Assembly: GCA_000004985.1 (NCBI GenBank)
Contig: GG738878.1
Origin: Naegleria gruberi
Taxonomy: Eukaryota
Reading direction: 5' to 3' (one strand)
DNA: 64,000 bases
Shown here: in pieces, positions 57,041 through 64,000 of the stretch
Layout: the number at the start of each line of letters is the position of its first letter
Position numbering within the stretch: position 1 is the first letter of the stretch
The notes under the pieces: model-generated
Database searches by the model: none
The model's input: only the letters and a program-made list of their open reading frames with translations
What the model was told of the DNA's origin: nothing
Position numbers and translations under genes: made by a program

Positions 57041-57925
57041 TAATGTTTTATTTTCAATATCTTAATTTATTGTTATTATTCATTTCTGTTTTCACTCCCT
57101 TGTAGTGCAGTCTGCCTTTTGGTGGAATGTTGAACCGAAAAACAATTTGAAAATTCATTAGAAGAAGCATTAATCTTATAAAAGGAAGGTAGTTGACTGT
57201 CCGTTTAAATACACTTGAATAGGATACAACTTTTTTTCGTTGTTTGTAACTTCATGGTTGACAATCAAAGTATTCGTGGACTCCACAACATTGGAAAGTC
57301 TTGGACTGGAAAATCTCTTATTGTTAGGCAGTGAAAATGACAAGAAGGCTTACCTGAAGTCTTAATTTCCTTTTTCCATACACCATCAATCTAATGCGTG
57401 ACAATGGATTCAACCAAACCCTCTGTTTTCAAAAACCTTTTCACACATTCACATAAATAAAAATCTTATAAACGAGCTCGTGGGATCTTCTCTTCATCCC
57501 GTTTCACCAGCTCTTTAAGATACATTCCCCATCTTCAGTACTATATTTTACAACAACAATTATAGCTAAAATCGCTTTAATTCATTTAGGAAGATCATTG
57601 GAGATTGTCCAACAACAGAAATATTTTTTAATTTTAATATTTATTTAATAATCTAAATTGTTAATATCCTGATTTAAACAAACACTTTTAAACTCGTTCA
57701 ATAATTTTTAGACTTGTAGTGAAGAGCAACTCACGTACAACTCCAACCAACATCTTATTTGAAAATCAAAAACGATACCGTACTCAAACAAATAAGGAAA
57801 AGTTGGCAAGAAATCATTTCGAACAACATCAAAATTGTATTTAATTACAACCTTTTGTACAGAGTTTCGTTTCATCAGTTTACACTCTATCGACATCACT
57901 CGACCCGATATAACTGAATTGTATT

Positions 57926-57942
57926 GTTGGCGCCATTTTTTT
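57926..57942. promoter_or_regulatory. E2F/DP-type site GTTGGCGCCATTTTTTT, about 525 bp upstream of the cyclin ATG
   Basis: GGCGCC core with a 3' T-run, matching the reverse complement of AAAAAAATGGCGCC. It lies inside the low-AT island 57041..58417. Confidence 0.45.
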
Positions 57943-58465
57943 ATTGAATTAGCTGAGTGGTACAAGAAGAAACTGTTCGGGCTTTTCTCAACCTGTGCTG
58001 CCATTTGCTTTTCAGTTTGCCTGTTGTTTGTGTTCTCTCTCTTTGCGCATCTCTTAATCGTAATTGACGTACCGCCAAGCAAAGCACTGTATTGATTTAG
58101 AAAACGACTGTGCTGTTTGTTGTTGTTGAGGTCCAGAGTTTATTGTTATCACTCCTCAACTACCTCCTTAGTGCTTGCTCAAAATCCAAAAAAAAACACT
58201 CCATTGGCTTATTGAACTGAACAGCGGTTTCAAAGTTCATTTTCTTTCAACTTCCTTACTGCCCTCATTCCTCTTGAAATCACATTCCTACCAATCCGAA
58301 GATTGGATTAATAGCGATTGTTGATTTGCCTTATATTCCCTACAACAACACACCTCTTCTACAATATTACTACCAACTACCAACTACTTCCATTATTAAT
58401 TCTTTTAAGAATATTTAGTGATCATCGACTTTCCTCATCAAACTCTCATAACCTCCAATTTAAGA

Positions 58466-59932
58466 ATGAATACAAGAACAACACCATTCCCTTTCAGAAG
58501 AAACTACTCATCACCAAGCTGCAATGGCAGATACACATCCGATTTCAATACTCCCCAAGATAAGATACGGGATGATGAAGCAATTTCTGATACAAGCAGC
58601 TGTATCGGTAACTATAATAATTCTCCATACTCTGTTGATGGATCCTCATCCATTTCTTCTTCCTCCTCATTCATGAGGGATCGATCCCTCTCTACATGCT
58701 CTGTAAATGTTTCCCCTCTTTTAAGAAATTCTTTGGATTGTTTCTCTTCGCCTCCAAGTTATGAAACTTATGAACAACCCAGACAATTGATTAATTGGAG
58801 TGAATACTTTTTCAGTCTGAGTCAAAAACAAAGCCAAGTTAGAACGAGAAAGACAGCCTCTGTCTACCAACAATTATATACTTCAAGCTATATGAAAAGA
58901 TATAGAAGTGTTGTCTGTGATTGGTTCTTTGAAATACAGTACGCTTTGTCTTTGAGTCAAAGACTCGTCCATGTTGCTACCTTATACATGGATATTTGTA
59001 TGTATAGACTTTATTCCACAAACAGGGTAGCTTGCCCTTCCACTAACATTGCACCTGGTGAAGGTCTCTTTAGTATCAAGCAATATCTTCAATTATTAGC
59101 TGCCAGTTGCTTATGGATTTCAACCAAACGAGATGAAACTTATGGCGACTCAAAACTTAAACTCGATACCTTAGTACAATATTGCTGTGGCATGTACACC
59201 AAACAAAATTTCCAAGAAATGGAAGCTTTTGTATTAGATTTACTGGAATGGGAATTAGAAGATACTCCTTCTATCGATTTTCTTGATACAATGATGGCAT
59301 CAGACTCTGATTTATCAAGTGAAGATGACATGGAGGATGAAGAATCATCTGAAGAAGAGACATTCAACAACTTTAAGGAATCTGTTAAACACTACTCGAA
59401 AATGATTATTGATTCCTCAATACTGAATACACTCGTTACCGGATCAAATAAGGAGAAAATGGACACTTTTGAGCAACTTAAACAATTGTTTAATATCCAT
59501 GTCCCAAGCCAATACGTTCAACAACTTGAACATACATATATTTCACTCTGGATTACCATGCTTAATTATCCAAGCTTATTGGCTTTATCCTCACTTCTTT
59601 CCGGATTATTCTTATATCACTTGTATGAATCTCCTTTTGAACAAGGCCAATTATCTGGTATTTACCAATCTGCTGATATGACCACCCTGGAACAATTTGA
59701 AGATGTTCTTTCTCATTATTGGACATCAGACATGGAAATGAATATTGGTTATAGTTTGGAACAAGTAGCTATTTGCTCAAGAATTCTATACACATTCTTT
59801 CATATTGAGCAATCAAAAACCTCAGTTGAAGAAAAACCGAAACGTGAAACACAAAGACCATCAAATAATACTCGCAGCGAAACAACTCATGGATTGGATC
59901 AAATGAACTTGGCTTGCAATGAGCAACTGTAA
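58466..59932 (+). CDS. Cyclin (cyclin-box protein; A/B/E-class not resolved)
   Basis: First ATG at 58466 in an ORF open from GTG 58418. The cyclin box MKRYRSVVCDWFFEIQYALSLSQRLVHVATLYMDICMY...LQLLAASCLWISTKRDETYGDSKLKLDTLVQYCCGMYTKQNFQEMEAFVLDLLEWELEDTPSIDFLDTMM fits the cyclin_N pattern MR.ILvDWLvEV...l..eTL.LAV.y.DRfL......lQLvG..cl.IAsK.EE.......e.v......yt...i..ME..iL..L.f.l..pT...FL. The N-terminus is Ser-rich, there is an acidic SSEDDMEDEESSEEE stretch, and a second helical fold follows. Confidence 0.75.
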   Translation: MNTRTTPFPFRRNYSSPSCNGRYTSDFNTPQDKIRDDEAISDTSSCIGNYNNSPYSVDGSSSISSSSSFMRDRSLSTCSVNVSPLLRNSLDCFSSPPSYETYEQPRQLINWSEYFFSLSQKQSQVRTRKTASVYQQLYTSSYMKRYRSVVCDWFFEIQYALSLSQRLVHVATLYMDICMYRLYSTNRVACPSTNIAPGEGLFSIKQYLQLLAASCLWISTKRDETYGDSKLKLDTLVQYCCGMYTKQNFQEMEAFVLDLLEWELEDTPSIDFLDTMMASDSDLSSEDDMEDEESSEEETFNNFKESVKHYSKMIIDSSILNTLVTGSNKEKMDTFEQLKQLFNIHVPSQYVQQLEHTYISLWITMLNYPSLLALSSLLSGLFLYHLYESPFEQGQLSGIYQSADMTTLEQFEDVLSHYWTSDMEMNIGYSLEQVAICSRILYTFFHIEQSKTSVEEKPKRETQRPSNNTRSETTHGLDQMNLACNEQL

Positions 59933-60062
59933 TAAATAAGGTCTTTTTCAACCCCTTAATTTAGATGTTGTACAAAAACATTTCCTTATTGATCTCTCGA
60001 TAAAAGACAATCCAATTAAGGAAATACGCCAAGATTTGCTTACAAATTAGTAAATTAATAAT

Positions 60063-61778
60063 TTATAAAGTTTCTGCTTCATCAGCAATGGTTGAGGTAT
60101 CGTCTTCGTCTTCACTGGAGGCAACAGCTGATTCATCATCATCAGCATCATCACCTTCAGGTATTTCGTATAAATCTAATCTGTCTCTGTTTGGATGCTT
60201 CAACAAGACAAATTCGCAATCTTGCTTATTGTTTTCTTGGAGATATCTTTGAACATATTCGATTATGAGTTTAACAACACCCCACATGTTGTACAAATGG
60301 AGTTGAAGTTGATCAGCAAAGTCTTCTGGTCTGTATTTTTCAGTGCCCAAAATAAGGTGAGTCTTTGTAGCCTTTGGTGATTGTCTTGAAACGAAACCGA
60401 GCTTGAATTGCTTGCTTGAGCTCAAAAGGGCTTGAGCAGTCCACTTAGCCATTTTGGCAGAGTTGTTCTTAAATTCAGCCATGATGATTGAGGTCTTTTG
60501 GGATTCCATTGAAGTCTTCCAATCAGCAACATTGTGATATTGATTTTGTTCTGCTGGGAAATATTCATTCAAAACCTTCAATGACATTTCTTCATCACCT
60601 GAAGTTTCCTTAGACAAACCATTGATTTCACATCTTACGAGAAGGTTAATTGAGTCACTTAATTTGAATTCACGATACTTGTAAGCCAAGTTAAAGACAC
60701 CAGTTGAGAATGGAACAGCTTCGTTACCCAATTTCTTAACTTCATCTTCCTTGAAAGCTTGTTTTTGGAGGTAAGCATTGACGAGAGTAGCTTCCTTACT
60801 CAATGAGAATGCAGAGTTGATGGATTGAACATTCTTTTCATCTACTGATGGAGGATTTGATGATGTTTCAGAAACAGAGTGCCACAAGTTAATGTTACGA
60901 CCTTCCAATTTTCTCATATCCAAATAAATCTTTCCTTCACTGACACGAACAGCCATATCCCAAGGAAGTTCGGATTTAGAAGCAGCCATAAGTGTAGCAA
61001 TAGCATCATCAGTGGCAAAAACGTTGGCTTCTGGAGCAGTCTTATTGTTAAGAAGTGGATCTTCTGATGAAGCTGGTGGTTGAAGAATATAACCATTAAG
61101 TTTTTGTGGTTTTTCCAAAGTGAGTGGTTGTTTGGCAGAAGCTCTGTCAAACTTCTTGTCATAGTATCCCAAACTACCACAAATATGACGATCAATTGGT
61201 TCAGGTGTCTTGTATCCTTTACCACTTTCCAATGGTTCTGTTGTAGCCTTCTTCAATGTACCGAATAAGAATTTATCAATCAAGACCCAGCTCTTCTTAA
61301 CCTTGATGGAAGGTTTGTAGTTTTGTGTCTTGGTTTTTTGATAATAGCTAAGTGTGGCCTTCTTTTTCTTTTGTTTGTTTTGCTTGTTTTGTTCTTGGTT
61401 GTAAGCAGCCTTTGGAGGTTGTGATTGTGTAGTAGGTCTTCTCTTGTTTTGATTATAGTTGGTGTAGGATTTTCTTTGACTTTGAGTGTTTGAAACGACC
61501 AAGTTAAAGTCGTCATTAGCACCAGTTACATTGGCAATAGCAGCAGCAACTGAGTGAGTTGTTGTACTTGTTGTTGGAGCCGATTGTTCGCTTGTCCAAT
61601 CAGCAATTTTACCAATACTTATTTTACTAGGAATAATGTGAAATAAATTTGTTGGCAAAGACAAAATTTCTGATTTAGATTGTTCAACAGAAGAGGAAGC
61701 TGGGTGAATAGGACCCCATCCTTCCTTTGATTGTTCGAGCAGAGAAATGGCAGAGAGTAAATCTGATGACGATTGCAT
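60063..61778 (-). CDS. eif3d: Eukaryotic translation initiation factor 3 subunit D (eIF3d)
   Basis: 571-aa single-exon ORF. N-terminal GWGP and GKIADWT align with human GWGP and GKVADWT. NVFATDDAIATLMAASKS aligns with NVFATDAILATLMSCTRS. LVRCEINGL aligns with IVRCEHDGV, and EFKNNSAKMAKWTAQALL with ELKNNSYKLARWTCCALL. The C-terminal tail is acidic, as in eIF3d. Confidence 0.85.
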   Translation of the reverse strand: MQSSSDLLSAISLLEQSKEGWGPIHPASSSVEQSKSEILSLPTNLFHIIPSKISIGKIADWTSEQSAPTTSTTTHSVAAAIANVTGANDDFNLVVSNTQSQRKSYTNYNQNKRRPTTQSQPPKAAYNQEQNKQNKQKKKKATLSYYQKTKTQNYKPSIKVKKSWVLIDKFLFGTLKKATTEPLESGKGYKTPEPIDRHICGSLGYYDKKFDRASAKQPLTLEKPQKLNGYILQPPASSEDPLLNNKTAPEANVFATDDAIATLMAASKSELPWDMAVRVSEGKIYLDMRKLEGRNINLWHSVSETSSNPPSVDEKNVQSINSAFSLSKEATLVNAYLQKQAFKEDEVKKLGNEAVPFSTGVFNLAYKYREFKLSDSINLLVRCEINGLSKETSGDEEMSLKVLNEYFPAEQNQYHNVADWKTSMESQKTSIIMAEFKNNSAKMAKWTAQALLSSSKQFKLGFVSRQSPKATKTHLILGTEKYRPEDFADQLQLHLYNMWGVVKLIIEYVQRYLQENNKQDCEFVLLKHPNRDRLDLYEIPEGDDADDDESAVASSEDEDDTSTIADEAETL

Positions 61779-62182
61779 TTTTTTTCTTCAAAAGAATGTT
61801 GTAAAGAATCAAAGGTTTTTAATTTAATTAATATTATTAATAATTCTTCAATGATCTTGGCTTGATTTCCTCTTCACAGATATAAATATTCGAGAAGTTT
61901 ATTTCGATATGAATACAATTCGAGATTGAAGAGAAGGGAATAATTTTATGATGGTGAATCTTTGGGTTGAAGGCTTGAAAAAAATTATTGTCTTTTGATG
62001 AAAAAGGTCAAGTTGTCCTGCTATCATGTTGTCTGGAAGAAAGTACTCTTATTATTATTAACAATCAATTATGGCTGAACAAGCAACTCGGTCAAATTTT
62101 CCACAAGTCAATTTTAAATTAAAATCTTCATCAATTAATATTATTACCCTCTTCCTATCAATATTGAATGAATTGAAAAAAA

Positions 62183-64000
62183 ATGTTGAAAAAGCTCCAC
62201 TCTATTTCATCATCAACATTACCAGTTACTCTCTCCACCACTAACGGAAGTAAAGCGGTGTTTAATATGATGGCCAATAGTGCTATTCAATCACGTTTTA
62301 ATCATCAAGCAGCTGCTATTGTTGTGGACGAAAAAAAGGTTCAATCAAATCGTCCTCCTCAAAAACAGAGTGGAGCTCCAGCCAATAACAAATTCATTAG
62401 TAAACAACATAAGAAAGAGAAATTCCAAGAATTGAATTTGGAAAAAAAAGCAAGATTGGATAATATTATTAATGACCAAAAATCGAAGCAAAAACTCGGA
62501 AAGAGAATTCTTTTGTATTTGATGAGATGTTCTCAAAAGAATATTCCTATCACAACAGTATACTTTTACTTTGATTTACTTTTGAATCATTTAAAGATTA
62601 CTATGGAACATTCATTCTTTATTCAACTTCTTAGTTTATGTAAGGATGAAGACCAATGTGTAACTGTCTTTTTACTTTCCGTGAAAGCTGAAAAGGTTAA
62701 ATTAGAAAATGGAACAGAATCAATTGAACCAATCATCAAGTTACCAAAGAATATCTCATATAATAGAGAACAGTATGAAAAGTTTAGATCATTGATGCCA
62801 TTAAATCAGCACTATAATGAAGTCATGATTTCTACAGCATTATTCCATACACTTGCTAGATTAAAGTCAAAGTATACATATGCTTTATTCAGAGCATTGA
62901 AACAATCTGATGAAAGTCTATTCAGTGAATATCACACAGTTGAATGTTACAATTGTCTTTTATTACAATATGCTAAACCACCATTTACTGATATGGAATT
63001 GGTCAACAAACTTCTTTCGGAAATGAACCAAAATGAAGCTACCAAACCAAACATTAGAACTCACACACTTCTCTTGGACTTAATTCTTAAGAGCACCTAT
63101 TCAAATGGTGAAAAGTTGCAAAGAATTCTTCAAATGACAAGAGAAATTGAGTCAGCAGATACTGCCTTCTTTAACAAACTCCTCACAAATCTCATAGACA
63201 CTCAACAATACAAAATTGCCATCCAATTATTTAATGCTATTAATCAAGCATCAGTTGGAACAGATTCCAAGATTCGTCCTGACCGTGTTACATATCACAA
63301 GATGATTTCACTCTACTTTAAGATAGGAAGCCCTGAAAAGGCTCTTTCTATTGCTAAAGCTTTTGAACAAGATCCTTTGAGTCAAATTACAAGTTATACT
63401 TGTTGTTTGGTTATTCAAGGTTTTATTGATGCTGACAGAATTCAAGAAGCCATAATGCTCTATGAAAACTTTATCAAACATCCAAAGATTAAATTGGATC
63501 AAATTTTCTTCAACGCTATTATTTCATCAGCAGGTAAAAAGAATTTACCACAACTTTTACAACGAGCAATTAAGGATATGAAGGAGCTTAAAGTGGAACC
63601 AGATTTAACCTTATACTTTACAACATTGTCATCATACTCTAGAATGGGACTTATGCCAGAAGCTGAAAAGATGTATCAATTATTCAAAGTTAAAGGTTTG
63701 CTTACATCATCAAAGCATTATACTGCCTTGATGAGAGGTTACTTTAGACTTAAAAAAGATGACATGGTATGGGATGTATTCCAAAGATTTTTGGAAGATC
63801 AAAAATTACGTGAAAAATCAGGCGATCCTCTTTATTTAGATTTTGCAATTTTATCGTATTTGTTGGCAGCTACTAGATCTAAGGAACAACTTGAACAAAT
63901 TTTCGTACACTACAAGGCATTGATTGAAAAGAATATTATTTCAGATAGTACAAATGATTACGTTATGTTGGATGATGAAGCAGAGGATGATATTATCCTT
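62183..64000 (+). CDS. Pentatricopeptide-repeat (PPR)-like protein, probably mitochondrial, partial (continues past window end)
   Basis: ATG at 62183. The frame is open for 606 codons to position 64000 with no stop. The N-terminus MLKKLHSISSSTLPVTLSTTNGSKAVF is presequence-like. Multiple 35-aa helical hairpins of the PPR type occur, for example VTYHKMISLYFKIGSPEKALSIAKAF, SYTCCLVIQGFIDADRIQEAIMLYENF, LYFTTLSSYSRMGLMPEAEKMYQLF and HYTALMRGYFRLKKDDMVWDVFQRF. Confidence 0.65.
   Translation, partial: MLKKLHSISSSTLPVTLSTTNGSKAVFNMMANSAIQSRFNHQAAAIVVDEKKVQSNRPPQKQSGAPANNKFISKQHKKEKFQELNLEKKARLDNIINDQKSKQKLGKRILLYLMRCSQKNIPITTVYFYFDLLLNHLKITMEHSFFIQLLSLCKDEDQCVTVFLLSVKAEKVKLENGTESIEPIIKLPKNISYNREQYEKFRSLMPLNQHYNEVMISTALFHTLARLKSKYTYALFRALKQSDESLFSEYHTVECYNCLLLQYAKPPFTDMELVNKLLSEMNQNEATKPNIRTHTLLLDLILKSTYSNGEKLQRILQMTREIESADTAFFNKLLTNLIDTQQYKIAIQLFNAINQASVGTDSKIRPDRVTYHKMISLYFKIGSPEKALSIAKAFEQDPLSQITSYTCCLVIQGFIDADRIQEAIMLYENFIKHPKIKLDQIFFNAIISSAGKKNLPQLLQRAIKDMKELKVEPDLTLYFTTLSSYSRMGLMPEAEKMYQLFKVKGLLTSSKHYTALMRGYFRLKKDDMVWDVFQRFLEDQKLREKSGDPLYLDFAILSYLLAATRSKEQLEQIFVHYKALIEKNIISDSTNDYVMLDDEAEDDIIL

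Noticed and set aside
57341-57356. U1-snRNA-like 5' end motif (ggCTTACCTGaag)
   Set aside because: Only an 8-nt match to ACUUACCUG. There is no Sm site, no stem-loop context and no upstream snRNA promoter-like element. Probably coincidental.
57708-58095. Overlapping ORFs 57708-58082 (−, 124 aa) and 57835-58095 (+, 86 aa) in the low-AT island downstream of the tRNA
   Set aside because: They mutually overlap on opposite strands and lack the Asn/Lys-rich codon bias of real genes here. They have no recognisable motifs and are more likely chance ORFs in GC-richer non-coding DNA.
1-64000. Prokaryotic-type features (CRISPR arrays, operons, defence islands, integrons, IS elements)
   Set aside because: The sequence is clearly eukaryotic nuclear DNA, with spliceosomal introns, poly-N/Q proteins and eukaryote-only gene families. 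I found no direct-repeat/spacer arrays and no RT, integrase or transposase ORFs.

Overview
The window looks like a gene-dense, AT-rich nuclear chromosome segment from a dictyostelid-like amoebozoan, though with somewhat higher GC than Dictyostelium discoideum. Evidence for this: AAT/CAA-encoded poly-Asn and poly-Gln tracts, TAA-dominated stops, GTAAGT/GTATGT donors, many very short introns, and roughly 85-90% AT intergenic DNA. The sequence is a draft, with a 243-nt N gap at 5874-6116. I resolve about 35 protein-coding genes on both strands and one tRNA-Asn(GUU); nothing prokaryotic and no CRISPR. The recognisable genes include SMC5, dUTPase, UPF2, AP-4 mu, SSU72, mannose-6-phosphate isomerase, dihydropyrimidinase, Aip1/WDR1, a cytochrome P450, eIF3d, a cyclin, a USP7-like deubiquitinase, a DHHC palmitoyltransferase, RanBPM, a Cue2/N4BP2-like CUE-Smr protein, a FAM184-like coiled-coil protein and two RGS-domain genes. 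Points worth a second look:
- Palindromic E2F-type motifs (TTTGGCGCCAAA) sit 45-540 bp upstream of smc5, dut, the cyclin and the FAM184-like gene.
- A highly divergent group-II chaperonin-like gene resembles the BBS/MKKS chaperonins, which would be unexpected in a non-ciliated organism.
- One gene fuses a 7TM receptor to an RGS domain.
- Two convergent gene pairs have overlapping stop codons (CTAG and TTAG).
- A kinase-like pseudogene carries an in-frame stop plus a frameshift, and two other genes (a TPR gene and a DUF4116 gene) show single-base frame breaks.
- Several non-coding islands are clearly less AT-rich than their surroundings, the largest a 1.4-kb stretch downstream of the tRNA gene.
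- Many introns are only 41-54 nt long.
- The 5' ends of the Aip1 and P450 genes are only 52 bp apart.
All exon boundaries are hand-derived from reading frames and GT..AG rules, so they are approximate.
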